Assembly (NCBI GenBank): GCA_023515725.1
Contig: JALDTO010000098.1
Span: 332,463-396,462 of the forward strand
Length of the DNA: 64,000 bases
Source of the DNA: Amoeboaphelidium protococcarum X5
Taxonomy: Eukaryota > Fungi > Aphelidiomycota
Direction: 5' to 3'
A program made the position numbers and the translations under genes. The notes beneath the pieces were generated by a model. The model ran no database searches. It saw only the letters and a program-made list of their open reading frames with translations, and had not been told where the DNA came from. This document shows, one piece after another, positions 12,160 through 25,999 of this stretch. How positions within the stretch are numbered: the first letter of the stretch is position 1; each line of letters starts with the position of its first letter.

Positions 12160-14913
12160 ATGAGGATGTTTTAATAGCGATTGCACTTTATACTGGTGCT
12201 GATACTTGGAAGTGTATTTGTCGATTTAAAAGTGAATGGCTTGCGGCGATTACGTGAAAAGAAACTTCAAGCTTTGTAAGAATAAGAAACGGTGTCCTAA
12301 TAGTAGTAGTCGTCATCGTCATCTTAATAGTCATCGTAATAGTCATAGTAACAGCAGGCACCTGCTCCTGGAATGTAAATGATTAACGGCAAGCAAATGA
12401 TTGTAATGGATGGAAGCCCGCGAAGCAAGGAATTGTTAGGAGACGCGCTAGAAGCTGGAATAAAATAGGGTGGGGCCGCTGCAGGTGGTTAATCTCCTCC
12501 TTAAAGTGCGTAACCTCAATCTGCGGCTCCGATTGCACCTCCTCCGCAGACATGGTAATCTCAATCTGCGGCTCCGATTGCACCTCCTCCACAGACATGG
12601 TAAGCTCCGACTCCTGCTGCTGCTGTGCCTCCTATACCTGCTGTTCCAGTTGGATCAACTTCCACCGTTGTGGCTGGATAGTAGAATCCGGTTGCGTCGA
12701 ATCCTAGACCTTAGCGTACGAATCCTAATAGTACACCCGACTCTGATAGTGCAGTGCAGACTCCAAGGAGAAGTGCTAGACCTAGAAGTGGCACAGCGAG
12801 ACCGAATACCCCTGCGGCTTCTCAGGTGCTTCAAACACCTACTCCATCTGCACAACCTCCTCCATCTGAGCCTTCACCTTCTCCATCTGCAACTTAGCCA
12901 ACACCGGCTCCTTTGCGTTCTCCTTCCCCTTCGGTATTACCGGTCGCGTCTAATCCATCTCCATCACCTGCTTCCCGGACTGCTGCTGCTTAGTCTCCAG
13001 TTGCAGTTAGTACTCAAGAAAGGTAGTCAAGGACGGCAGTTGGGCAAGTTCAAACTGTTACTAGAAATCCTCTACCGTCCAATACTGTGCCTTCTGCGGC
13101 AAGTAGTATAAATGCTGGTAGTCCTGGTGCGTCATATTAAACGCAAAGGCCCACTTAGACAGTGTAGTAGATTCAGACAGCCTTTCCTGAGCGTTCTAAT
13201 ATTCCGAGCGAATAATAAAGAACAAGTCAAAACTCTGATTAGAATGCAAGTGCCAGATCTCAGATCGGTGCTAGTTAGCAGTAGACTGCCACTGACGCCC
13301 GTGTATAACCGACTCAGACTCCTTCATAATCTGCAGAAGAAGCTGGCAATCTATTCTCTAATACGCCGTCATCACTGAACAGCAATTAGACACTGCGTGG
13401 TAATGCTACTTTTTTTGGTAGGGATGACGCGAGAGGGTAGAGTTTCTCAAATGCTTCGGACATTAACTCCACAGGTCCAGCGTTCAATAATCAATCTGCT
13501 CCGTAATCTACAGGCGATAATCAATTTAATTAGTCAACCAATTCGACTTCTTCCCTGATCAATGCTGTAAACAATACTTAAGAGGCAATGTCTCCATTAA
13601 ATGCGACTTAGCCTGCCAATGGTACTAGGAGGAGCAATGCAACTGCATGGTAGCCCGAAGACTCCTCTGTTGAATATGAGTATTCGTTCAGGAATGGTAT
13701 GGTCGTCCCAACTTCTAGTGATGTGCAAGATAAGTCTGCATCAGGTGACACAAGCGACACGACGTAGAAGTCTGATGACATTATTAGTCCTGAAGTGTCG
13801 AATTATCCAACACAGTATTCTGCTATAATTCCCGCCAAGGTTGATGACAGCAAGAGAGATGCCTTCTTTTCTGCACCTGAGAATAAGCAAGTGGTTGAGT
13901 AAGCAGCTGCACAGCCTAATAATGGTCTTGTACAAAGGGGCAGACCTGGGATTCAAGTTGATGGTAACGCTGCAGCTTATCAGCAGAAAGCCTTTGAAAG
14001 TATGGATTAAATGGATGCTCTGCCAGACTCTACTGTGTAGGGAGAAAGAGTTAGAAATCTGTTACCAAGTAGTGGGGGATACGATGGAATGGCTTTGAGT
14101 AAATCGCCTGATCTCCCACTCCTTGTAGTAGCATTCAAGCTCAAATGTGGTGATGTCTGCTCGAATCCTTCAGGTCCAGAGCGTGCTAGTTTTGAGAAAA
14201 GCTTCAAAGATGATTTGGTTAATTCTCTCTCCCAATATAAAATTGCCGCATCCAATGTCGAGGTGCTGAATGTGGCTCAGGTTTTGTAGATTACAGCTGT
14301 GCAGTTTACCATTAGTCCAGCTGATGATAGTCAAGATGCTATGGCTATTGCTGATGCTGTCAGAGCACTTATCAATGACAGGAATAGTACGTTGTATAAA
14401 GGCCAAGTCACGCGATCCATTAGTCCGAACGTGTTCTCCTCCGAGCTGATGCGACCAATGTCTAATAGCGAGCGTTTCTCTCCTAATGGTAAGACTCTGA
14501 TAATGTTTGTGGTGTTCATTACTGTTGGCTTATATTGCGCCCTGATGACTGTTTATGTGTTTGCTTACAGAGCGTATAAAAAGCGACTGCATGATGATCA
14601 GATCCGTCTGGCCAAAGAGAGAACTCAGTTAAAATCTTGGTATTACAAAGATTTGCGCATTGATCCGTCTCACTATCAAATGCAAGATGCAGATGGCTCT
14701 GATTGTGACAGTTTCATGGATGGTATTCAAGATGGCGATGATTATCTGTCTTGGAGAAGTGACTAGTTCTCTTCTATGCGATCATCTTAATTCTAGGATA
14801 GTGACACGTCACCTCTCAACGCCGGGTCAAGATTGAGCACTCCAGGTCAGCTGGAGGGAAGAAGCTCTCGAGATTCTCGCGCGTCTTTCCACTCTAATTA
14901 CAATATGGTTTGA
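12160..14913 (+). CDS. Type I membrane mucin-like protein (~917 aa): signal peptide, Q/P/S/A/N-rich ectodomain, SEA/HMH-like juxtamembrane domain, TM helix, cytoplasmic tail
   Basis: One frame from ATG 12160 to TGA 14911, including track ORFs 14089.. and 14299... Leader LHFILVLILGSVFV, many NxS/T sites, TM LIMFVVFITVGLYCALMTVYVFAY followed by RAYKKR. Confidence 0.75.
12515..12603 (+). repeat. 45-bp intragenic tandem duplication (QSAAPIAPPPQTWQ x2)
   Basis: Two near-identical copies of ctcaatctgcggctccgattgcacctcctccRcagacatggtaa. Confidence 0.9.
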
Positions 14914-15179
14914 TCCACTCTGGAGATATCAATTTATCCACTGTACTTATTAACACATTAAGTCTCTGGCTTATTGCTTTTGTTTAAATAAATTTCATTG
15001 TGATTATCTGTGTTTTCACTATCTGTTGATATTCTTCCGCTACCTTTCTCTCTCTCTCTCTCTTTGAACTCTTTGATTGATTTTCATTCATTTATCTGAT
15101 TAGAGCGTATTGTTGTGGTAAAACATCTTCTTTATCATTTCGTTTGCCTGATATTTATTGTTGGACTTCAAGCAAAAAA

Positions 15180-16832
15180 ATGATAATGGATTAATAATAG
15201 CTACCGTTATAGTAATAGGTGCAAAGCATGGTGCTCTGTTGTTAGTGCGGTGTTCCCACTCCACAGAACCCGGCGAATATGTGCGTCAATTGCATCCGAA
15301 ATGATGTTGATCTATCTGATGGAATCGCAAAATAGCAGGTGGTGAATTGGTGCAGAAATTGTGATAGATTTTTATAGCCACCCAATTCCTGGGTGACTTG
15401 CGCGTTGGAGAGTAAGGAGCTGATGGCACTGCTCCTGCGAAAGATCAAAGGACTGAATAAAGTGAAATTGGTGGATGCTTCGTTCATCTGGACTGAGGCC
15501 CATTCTCGCCGTCTTATCACTCAGCTGACCGTGCAAGGAGAGCCGTATCCGCAGCTGATATTGCAGCAGTAGTTCTAGATTGAATGGATCGTGTAGAACC
15601 AGATGTGTGAAGCGTGCACCAGACTCATGGCACAGGACAGTTGGAATGCTACGGTGCAGCTGAGATAGAAGGTGAAGCATAAGCGAACATTTTTCTACTT
15701 GGAGCAGGTGATATTGAAGCATAACGCGCACAAGGACACCACTAACATCAAAGAGCGCAAAGATGGACTGGACTTTTACTTTGCTCTGAGATAACACGCT
15801 CTCAACTTTCTGCACTTTATTCAGGGATAGGCCCCTCTGCGAATCAAGGAAGGTAGCAAGTTGATATCTGCTGATATAAAGAGTAATACTGCTAATACAA
15901 AGTTTACAATCAGCGCTGAACTTATTCCCATCTGTAAAGATGATATTGTGGTGTTGCCGCTCAGTTTGGCCAGATCTCTCGGCAGCATTAGTCCTCTGGT
16001 GATGTGTACACGCGTTAGAGGTGGTGGGTTCACTGTGATGGATGTGCGCACAGGTCAGCAGGCCGAGGTGTAGAATAATGTCTACTGGCGTGATCCATTC
16101 TCTGCTCTAGTGGAAAGTGGTGTTAAAGGCTCTGGTTCATCTGCCCTGAGTCCCTTTTTTGTGGTTGACGTTGAGAGACTTGACTAGAGTTAGTAGTAGC
16201 ACAGCGAAAAGTACGTGATGGCCGATGTCACTGTATGCAGATGTACGCAGGTGAGCAAGGAGCAGTAGTTGAGCGAGATGGATATTGACTTTGATAACTA
16301 GTATATTGTGAGAAGTCATCTGGGTGCCATTCTGAAGGAGGGTGATTATGTCCAAGGTGTATCGCTCTTGCATTCCAACTTCAATTCTGATATCTGGGAT
16401 TAGTATTACGCCAAGGCGCAGACTGGTAGTAAGCAATTTGCGCAGATACCTGATGTTATCCTGATCAAGAAGCTATTTGAAGGTACGAATAAGAAGAATG
16501 GTAAAAAGAAGCGCAAGTGGAAGTTGAAGCGTATTGCGAATGGTATGGAGGCTGGTGGAGATGATGTGGACATGGATATGGATCAGCAGACTGGAGGTCA
16601 TAGTGGTGGTAAAAGAATGACAGATGCTGAGAAGAAGGCTCTTGAGTGGGAAGAGTTTATGAACGATATTGAGCAGGATCAGGAGTTGCGTGGTATGATT
16701 AACCTGTACAAGAACACTAATCGCAATGCTATGGACACGGAGTCTGAGGCTGGTGAAGGAGACGGAAGTATTAATCTTGCAGAGTTGTTGGATGACTTGG
16801 ACATTGATGACACCAACGGTCCAGATCTTTGA
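15180..16832 (+). CDS. NMD3: 60S ribosomal export adaptor NMD3
   Basis: LCCQCGVPTPQNPANMCVNC, WVTCALESKELMALLL, FIWTEAHSRR, KRTFFYLEQVILKH, ISAELIPICKDD and a C-terminal NES-like INLAELLDDLDI. Confidence 0.95.
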
Positions 16833-16962
16833 TATTCTCAATTGAATATACTCTGTTAGCTCACTCTATTACATGAATAGACTTTGAGCAGGTTATTATA
16901 AATCATTTAAATCAATCTTAATTAAATTCAGCACAGTTTTATTCCAATCGACACAATAAAAA

Positions 16963-18003
16963 TCAATTGTTAGCCTTTACAGCAACATTACCAGGAGCTT
17001 AAGAGTCATTCTTCAACTGTGACAGGATAGCCTTGAAGCGAGCAGTATCACGCTTGACTTGAACATCGGCGTTACTACTACTGTTCTGATTACCACCACT
17101 ACCACCGGCAGTTGAACTACCAGCTCTGCCACCAGATTGAGCACTCTTACCAACACCTGCACTCAATGGAGCAGTGTCCTTCTTCAAAGATCCGCTAGAA
17201 GGTGCATTGAAGTCAATCTGATTGCAAACCTTCTCCCATACATTAATACCTTCATTAACCTTGGTCTCATCTCTGACTCTCAGGAACGTTTGCTCACTCT
17301 CGCGATTAACAGCAATAGCCTTGGACTTTTACTGGTTGTACTCTTCATAAAACTTGTCAATCTCCAGACATGCCTTCTGAATAGTCTCCTCATGCTTCTT
17401 CTTCATCTGCTCATCCCTAGCCTGGATCTTCTTGTCCTACTTGGCTCTCCACTCCTTCACAGCCTGAGTGTCTTCGCGCGGCGTCTGTGCACTGGTTGGA
17501 GACACTGTGGCAGACATTGGCCTGTTCTGCTATGGTTGTTGTTGTTGCTGTTAATAGTTGCTATTGATGCTATTACTGTTACTAACCATAGATTCCTTTC
17601 TGGATAGAGCAGCATTATCAAAAGATGAAGCGGAGGTTGGCTGCTCAGCTCTGACGGATAAAACTGCTGCAGACTCTTTGCGTTATTGTGCAGGCTCCGA
17701 TGCAGCAGAGCTCATCATGTTCACAGAGTCAAAACCATTAGATCCAGCAACTCCTCCAAAAGAGTTTCTATTAGATGAAGCAGTTTAGTTGTCAGGACTC
17801 AACAGAGTGTTGTTGTTATCATTACTAACACCAGCAACATCACCGCCAAAAAAGTCATCAGTTCCAGCAGTGCCAAATGTCTCCTGCTCTCTCTTCAAAA
17901 AGTCATTCATTGCTGCATCTGGATCAAACTCTCCACCAGCTCCACTCTAAAGAGTGTTCTAATTGCTCTGCGTATTATCTGAGAATGCATCAAACTAGTC
18001 CAT
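16963..18003 (-). CDS. CLC1: Clathrin light chain
   Basis: DPDAAMNDFLKREQETFG, AVKEWRAKQ, IDKFYEEYN, NVWEKVCNQID and RDTARFKAILSQLKNDSQAPG; ends at TGA 16963. Confidence 0.88.
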
Positions 18004-18291
18004 TTTGTACACTTATTACTTCAATACTTTTAAATACCGAGTAGGGACAGTTTATTTATTTATTAAGTGAGAATGTAATAGCAGTTATATATTATAAAAC
18101 TGTTTCACTGAGTGATTGAGAGACAAAAGAAGGAGGAAAAATAGAGAAGGAGAGAAAACACGGCTGCAAGAAGCAAAGCGAAACAAGAAACAACTTGAAA
18201 TACGTTACGAACCGAGAATATCATGAGGATTTCACCTATTATGAGTAAAGTGAATAAAGACGTACATTGCGAACTATTCAAACAGAGTCAA

Positions 18292-21099
18292 TCACCATTT
18301 ATGAGTCTGCTTAAACTATATAGCACTTTAAATCACTTCCTGCGGGACACCAGAAAATCTGGCAACATCAATACCGTGAGAATTGACACTGATGCCAGGA
18401 GTGATAGTGTGATGGAAAAAGAGACGACCATCACGAACATCAATATCAGCTTTGAGAAACTAAATCTATGACTACCCACTGGCTGGATTATCTTAATACA
18501 GAGAGGTTAATTTGTGGTAATGTGTGGCAAACAGCGTACGACATCCAGTTGTTACGAGCTGATCAATGGAAGCTTTACTCAGAGCAAAGCCATCCTCATA
18601 CGATGTCCCTCTTCCTAATTCATCTATGAGCACCAATGATTTATGTGTGCATTGACTTAAAATGACAGCCAACTCGTCCATTTCCACCTTGAACGATGAC
18701 TAATTACGAGCAAGATTATCAGCGGATCCTACTCTGGAGTAAATGGCATCCACGATCCCAATATCAGCACTCTGGGCAGGAACGTAAAATCCACATTAGG
18801 CCATTAGAACAATCAATGCATTCTGCCTCAGAAATGTGGACTTTCCACCCATATTAGCACCAGTCAGGATGGCCATCTAACCATGATCCACGCGAGAAAG
18901 CTCAAGAGAGTTGGATGTATACGATCGCGCAGAATCTTGTAGGGCAGATTCCAGAACTGGATGTCTGCCGCCAATAATGGATAAATTCTGATGCTCTGCT
19001 GATAACTTTGGTCGAGTCCAGTTGAATTCAGTAGCAAGTTGAGATATAGCACAGCTTAGATCTTAAGTGGATAAATGTACGTCCAACTTTAGTAATTATT
19101 CTCGTAGACTCAACACCTACTGCTTTACAATATTGAAAACATTCTTCTCCACATCTAAATACTAATTATATACAGACTCAACTTCAGTGCAATTCTCAGT
19201 CCATTGCTGGTATCTAAATCTGAATTTCTTCACTCTGCTTGATCCTCCCAGAGTCTAGAGATGTTTCATACCAAGTGCTTAGTAATGCGAAGACAATAGT
19301 GACGGAACGCTCTGATTAGACTCGATTTCAATGTAAGGGCCTAGTGGCTTCTTTACATCAAAGTTTACGCTTTATTTACTTAAACTTATACCAGACAGCT
19401 CATGTATGCGATCAACTAAATGGTTTTTGATAGTATCAGACTAATCTTGAGTGTTGAGATATTTCTCCTTAATCCACTTCAAATCTGGATTACATTCTGG
19501 ATTCAATACGCCAGGTTTGGAGATTGATTTTTGCAGCAGATTCACATCTAAATCTGATTGTATATACTCTGTAGGTAGAACGAAAGACAAGCATTAGCGC
19601 AATTCTTATAGCTGCTCTTTGTCCACATCCTAACTATTTTCGACACTGCAAGAGACATCCAGTGCATGTAAATGATTGTGGATAACTCCCAAATGCCAAG
19701 GACCACCATACCCCAGAGCCAAATTCTAAAGAGCTTGTGCCATGTTATATCTGCAGTATTGAGATAGAGCATCACGTATAGATTTTGCCACGGCAGGTTA
19801 AGTTTTAATGAGATCTACTTGATCTAGTCGCTGTTACAGTAGATGTACATCTGTTGATGGATTTAAAAGTCGCCGTCTGAGAAGAGTTCGTCCAGCAGGT
19901 GTCTGACAATGCCTCTTGATTAGCCCATATAGAGTATATGAAGTACTTGAGTGCCCACTTGAATTACTTTGAATCTGAGAGAAGATTTCCAGAGAGTTCA
20001 CTGTCCATGGATCCATTCTAACGCAATCTGTATTGAACGGGCGCGGTAAGTTGAGCAGCGGGAGAGATCCACCGTGGGACTGCTCAATAAATCGAAGAAG
20101 TGAGGCGCACGATTTCAATACGTCTTCTTACTTCAGTTTACCATGAATACCTAGATCATTAAAGAACTGCTTTTAGGCAGAAGTAGAGTTGATTTAAAAT
20201 ATCTTATCAAGATACTACAGTCCATCATTATCGCTAGACGACGCGGTGCTTGTATCTTCATGTACTACAGAATCAGGCGACACCTCCTTAATTTGCTTCT
20301 GAATAGATTAAAAATACGTATCAGAACTGATAATAACTTCAGCGGGTCTAATGGACGACAATTTTGATTAGAATAAATCACTAGGTGAGCATCCCATGTA
20401 GAAATCTCCGCTCAGCACATCAACCAGGCTGTAACATATTTAATCATCATTGTTACCAGAAAATAAAGACAGAATACTGTGCTTGTTAACAGACTATTAA
20501 GATTGCACTTAATCTTCTTCTTATACAAGAGATTCTTCAACCACTGTACCTGTCGTAAATATTCGGTCCACATGTCGAGTGATCAATCTCTCACCATTAT
20601 TCTATACGCGATGATATTACTCAAATTTGGCGACAGAATATCCTTAATCCAAAAGCATTTTAACATAATCAGCCATTTTATATTAAGGGAACCCACAGAA
20701 TACAACTTCTTAACCCGAATCTGCGCGTCTTGACCCGGCAGCCATCCTCGCCAACTTTATATTCAACAGCTGAGAAACCAACTATCCCTGTTCAAAATAG
20801 AACTCATAAAAATCCTACATATTGCAAAATTTCAATTCAAGTTTGTATATGTAAAAATAGAATAAAATTACGCCAACACGAGCCATGAGTAAATGCTGTT
20901 TATGCCGCAGTTGGGCCTCGCGAATAGTCTAGTAAAAATTGGTGCTTTACACTGGATTAACTTCGGGATCTTGCTCTAGTTAATTATACTCTTACGCATT
21001 CACACTCAGACGAGATCGCCCTCTAGCATATCCAAATAACTAAATACTTCTACAAGCTTAACGGTTAACACGCACAACATAAGGGCGTAATCTCAGCAT
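18292..21099 (-). CDS. MSH1: MutS homolog, mitochondrial MSH1-like; intron 20815..20871
   Basis: Arg-rich presequence [16 protein letters not shown]|DFYEFYFEQ across the intron, [37 protein letters not shown] and [13 protein letters not shown]. Confidence 0.88.
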
Positions 21100-21165
21100 C
21101 TCAGTAATCAAACGCCTGACTTATGCAAATTGAAACTTGAAACTATGAAAGAAGGACGAAGCGTG

Positions 21166-21223
21166 ACGCGTTTCGTGTCTTTGTGTGAATTGTCTAAAAC
21201 TGTAAAGAGGCCACGAAACGCGT
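21166..21223. promoter_or_regulatory. 12-bp inverted repeat of overlapping MCB (ACGCGT) and SCB (CACGAAA) elements upstream of MSH1
   Basis: ACGCGTTTCGTG (21166-21177) and its exact reverse complement CACGAAACGCGT (21212-21223), about 70-125 bp upstream of the MSH1 ATG. Confidence 0.55.
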
Positions 21224-22732
21224 AATGTTAAACGCAATCTATTGCCTCTTTTGATACTACAGTATGATGTACACCATTCAAACAATGTGATCCTTGCTAG
21301 AGACGCCGACAATGAACATTGAATTTAAGAGACGGTATACTAGTAAGGCGAAAGGATACGACACGTATAACATTGACATGTACGTGAAATCTTCAGCAAG
21401 CATGACCATTGTAACAATGACAATGATAGCATGTACCGCTAATACTCGATAATGCAAGGTTTATGATAGATCAAGTCTTCGGTTCTTAAATAACTATTTA
21501 CCCACTCCATACAGGATAAAAGTATTAAGAATATCCAGGCTAATATATAAAGCGTTTACTAATAGTCCATTAGATACGATGTTGTGAGAGTGCATCATCA
21601 CAATTTCCTCTCTAACATCATCAGCCTGCAATGGAATTCCACCAGCATCCCACTCACTCTGTGGATGGAGTTCAAATCGACTCTGCTAATTCTGATCCAG
21701 TCGTTGTTCAAACACGTCCGAAGGAGCATTCAACCAGCCGGGACTGCGATAGGAACTTATAAAAATAATAATAATTAGCAAAGTCATGAACATATCAACA
21801 ATTATTCGCCATAAATTCTCGGTATTTAGCATTTTACCGCCAGATTTATGTATAGTTCCACTAGATGCACTAAAATTGAAAGGAATGTAGGTGGAATCTA
21901 TTCCAACTTAAGACTTAGAAGCTAGACTAGTAGATTTTTGTATGATAGACTAAATGGTGGACTCAAACTTGATATAAGCATGTGGTCTTCGCTGTTTCAA
22001 CACATGTTATAAGTCATATTCAGTAGTGAAAGTCTTTATTACTTCTGATAGAATGTATCCGACCTTCTTGGTGCCTTCATACTACTATCGCGATGCAGAG
22101 TTTAAATTGAGCATATACAGAATACCGCAGTCAATGTGCACATACCAGATAGACTATGATGATGGTAATGATGATGATATTGAAGTGCAAAAGGTGGTGG
22201 GAACATTTGAATGCATTCTCACTTAGCGACACAGCTCTCTACTCTCAGTTCTGACTTGAGTCATTACAGAGTCGCCTTGATCACTCACAGTCTCAGTAAG
22301 TATTAGACCATCATGGGCTCTGTACAAGCAGATGTACATTTCCCGGTAACTACTAGTGTCGATATTTAGTCGCACGTTGCAAGTTACAATTAAATCCGTT
22401 TCAGGATGATCGACGTAGGACGAATACCGTAAAGAGCAATCAATATACTATATCTACAAAGTCACGGTATGATAAGGAAAGCACAGCGAAGGAGAGAAAC
22501 CTAACTAGCATAGCTGAAACTACGCGCTTTGGACATTTTGAGCTTCCGTCGATTCAGCTTTGATGATCGTCAGCTCGCTCTTTATCTTAACCAGGTAGAC
22601 TTTTCTATTTTTCTTCAACTTCGTCTCGACTCTATTGTAAATCTTTGTTACAACGTAACATATATAGATATCTATTTCTTCATTTGTTTAAGAATATCTT
22701 TCTGCTATAAATCTTATCGTATCAAGTTGGTA

Positions 22733-24739
22733 ATGAATAAACTGTAAGAGAGTAACACTGTGCAGTAGGAGTAGGTGAATTGGCTCAAGGAGAAGTTGGC
22801 CCAGAAGGATTAAATATATGCTGGACTGTCGGAAACCTTTCGCTCACGTAAATAGATGAGAAATCTGGTGCAATGTACCTATGAGCTGGAAAGTATGTCC
22901 GAGTGCTGTATGGCTGTAAACTCATATCTCGATAATGGAGCGATGAATGAAGACTGGTGGGTGGTCAGGAACAGAGGTCGTTCGACTGTAACGGAGTAAT
23001 AGTAGTAATAGTAAAAATAGAACATTCAGTCTGAGACTTCTGAATCTTCCCTTACAGTTGATCAATAGTAGTAGTAATAAAAATTTAAAAGATAGTTGAG
23101 TTTTGCAAGTAAGTACGTTCCTAGTCCATCGCAGTCCACTCCGCAACTCCAACTTCATCACAATAGTGGCGATGACACGGAGACCATTCAGAATGTTATT
23201 GACGTGATTGTTATTGGCATAAGAGCCAACTTGAGAGCTTATAAATCTCATGTAGCTCTATTCTATGCTGAAAAGATGCGAGATGTTATCAAGGAGTTGG
23301 ATTCTTCCCTTTATAAGGAATACTATGTAAAGCATTGCTGTTTTATGGGTCTTATCTACGCAAAACTTAGTCTAGAGACTCCAGATGAAGATATCTACTA
23401 GAATGTTATAAGTACTGCCAAATCTCATTTACATGAGGCTTATGAATTGTCAATGGGGCAAGATGCACAAGTTCTTTATTCACTGGCTCTCTATTACATG
23501 CATGGTGGTCTGCCTGATCAGTCACTCTCTTATATTGATTAAAATTTAGCTCAGAATGCTGGAAACGTTCATGCCGTTCATTTGAAAGTTTTGAGTATTG
23601 CGGCAGGTGGTCAGTAGAACATGTCATAAGCTTTAAATTGTATTCGCCAATTGGGGTCATCTGTTATCGGTAAAGAGAACACTACGCCTGATCCTATAAG
23701 AGTTATGCGCGGATTGAATAAAAGTCAGTAAGATGCATATTTGAATTTGAAAATGACAGAGTGCGTACTATTAGAGTATTGTCAAGAGCATGATCTACAG
23801 GCTATGAATGAGAGTAATCTATCTAAAGAAGTTCTTAAGCGGTACAAGTAGCTGTTTGATTTATACAAGATTGTGTATGTGCCGGATAAGATGGACAATG
23901 ATGAGTATGGAGCAACGCTGTCTCTAATGGATTAAGGCATTTCAGAAGTTCTTTTATTTGAAGATTTTCCGGCTGTCTTATCGCTATATCCCAATCTGTT
24001 ACCGTAAAGTGATACCCGTGGTTTTCTGATGCAGACGGCCTTCTTCCCTCATAGACGAAAGTTGGATGATCTATCTCAGATTAATGATCCTCGTAGTCGT
24101 TCGCTGCACCGTCGCCGTATGAAATCTAGATTTATTGAGTTGTGGCTTATGTTGGCCCAGTGGCACAGACGGCATTAGAAGTTTAGAGAGGCTTAGATTT
24201 GCTGCGATAATGCTAGAAAGGTTGAGCCAACCTGTGCTGATGTAGTGTGTGAACTGGGATTGCTGGCGATATATTCCTCTGGCGGTAAAGTGGATCTTGA
24301 AGAATTTTTTCAAGAACTAACTCAATAAGATTAAAGTAAGTAGTAATCGAGTGGTGAATAATCTAGCACAAGTGATCAATTGTTGAAAGTGATTTAGTAG
24401 CTACCTCCCACTGTGCTTGAACAGGCACGAGGCAATTTCGAGGCTGCGCTCAATTATGATCCTTGTCATTTGAGTGCAAGAACTCTACTTGGATTGATAT
24501 ACTTGGCCGATGATAGACTAGATCTGGCAAAGTCTGAGCTAATGATTGCCATCCGCAATGGTCGCTTGAGAGGATGTCGCGTCTGGCAGGCTCATTATTT
24601 TATGGCCAAGATTCATGAACGTAAAGATGAGTAGGTGAAGATGCAGCATTACATGGAATTGTCGCAGCAGAACCAGAAATGCGATATATTTGATGTGAGT
24701 TTTATACGCGGAGTGGAAGTGCTTCCGACCTTGCTATGA
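22733..24739 (+). CDS. TPR-repeat protein, TTC7/Ypp1-like
   Basis: Frame joins track ORFs 23096.. and 24413... QVLYSLALYY...NVHAVHLKVLSIAA, LWLMLAQW...EAQICCDNA and ALNYDPCH...LLGLIY...LAKSEL resemble the TTC7 C-terminal TPRs. Start is uncertain because the frame stays open upstream. Confidence 0.65.
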
Positions 24740-24876
24740 CTATTAAAATTTGAATAAAAATTTTGTTGTTGAATTGACTTTTTTCAGTTGATCTACTTAT
24801 CGCTTTTTAGAGATCACTGTTGAAAATACTCTTATTTTTACAGCTATATCTCTCTTTACTTGGTACCGAGACAGAA

Positions 24877-25254
24877 ATGGTACGATAATGTATGTTTAAA
24901 TGGAACCGAAGATTTTAATCTGTGCAGTAGGGAGTGGAAAGTGAACCGACTCCATCATCAAAAGTGAACGCGTTAATCTACTGCATCAAGGCTCTGGGAA
25001 TGGCGACTGCTATAACATCGCTAGTCAGCGCATCACTGTTCTATTGCGCCCGGCACAAGTATAATATAAAGAGTTTGGAAGACGCGTCGCAGGTGGCAAA
25101 TTCCAAGATGAATCAATTGAGAGAATTTCTCGGTGTTCCAGCCGTCCCCATGAAGGAAATGTCTGATTAAGACAGGGAAGATGAACAGGCACTGTACGAT
25201 TACTTTAACTCCCAGCCATCTTTATCGTCTGAAAATGGTGAAAGTAATGAATGA
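24877..25254 (+). CDS. Small membrane protein, TMEM242/Aim11-like
   Basis: ATG 24877 to TGA 25252 with TAR=Gln; IKALGMATAITSLVSASLFY...NIKSLED. Confidence 0.5.
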
Positions 25255-25413
25255 TACTGTATGACTAAATGCTCTTAAATATAATTTGATGTGAATTGAT
25301 TATTATTATTATTTTTGCAATCTTTAGAGTTAGATCAATAACGACATCACTCTTCGGCTTTCTTCACTTTGCAGTAAACTCGGGAATCATTAATCTAAGT
25401 GATCAACAGCAAA

Positions 25414-25890
25414 ATGGAGTATCCAAAGAGGCCTTCTACGTAGATCCATATGGACAGGTCGTAGTTGAAAGAAATTGAAGACAAGAGGCTGGATGTGACG
25501 ACAAAATATACTGAATAGGAGTTGGGCTTCACTCCCACCAGAATGGACATGATGCCTCCCACAGTTCTGGATCACATCTAATTTAAAATGCGCGAACATC
25601 CCATGATACCTCTCACCTTTGCAGTGACACTGGGATCATTCTTTATGATGGCCAGACACCGGAAGAATAGCGCTGAATTAAACAGATGGGGACGATGGCG
25701 CATTTCGTCATAGGCTGCCTGCTTCGTGTCTCTGTTTTACGCAATGTATCAGGATGAGAGTGCCAATCGATAGAGTTCTAATCCTAATGATGGTAGTGGT
25801 GGTAGCTTTGGATGGCTGCCATTCTAATGGTTCCAAGGTAATGATAAAGCTAGCCAAGATTTAAAAAAGAAGTATTTTGAAAAACATTGA
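25414..25890 (+). CDS. HIG1-domain protein (Rcf1/HIGD-like)
   Basis: KMREHPMIPL-TM-NRWGRWRISSQ-TM. The conserved final Q of the QRRQ-type motif is TAG 25711; ends at TGA 25888. Confidence 0.75.
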
Positions 25891-25999
25891 TATTATTGTT
25901 GAATTTAGTATTACGATTGTTGATAACTTTTTGCTCTTGCCTCTCTCTTGTGTTTTCTGTTGTATTTCTTCTCTACAGTTCTATCTTTACGGACTAATA

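Noticed and set aside
12470-13378. Leu/His-rich track ORFs 12470..13111 and 13112..13378
   Set aside because: Off-frame shadows of the Pro/Gln-rich mucin gene. Most other short track ORFs are likewise antisense or off-frame shadows.
21312-22730. TGA-free frames (21463..21789, 21786..22259 with an ATGA overlap, and 22313 onward)
   Set aside because: No recognisable motifs, and long open frames arise by chance with a single stop codon. Left unannotated, although a real or decayed gene may be present.
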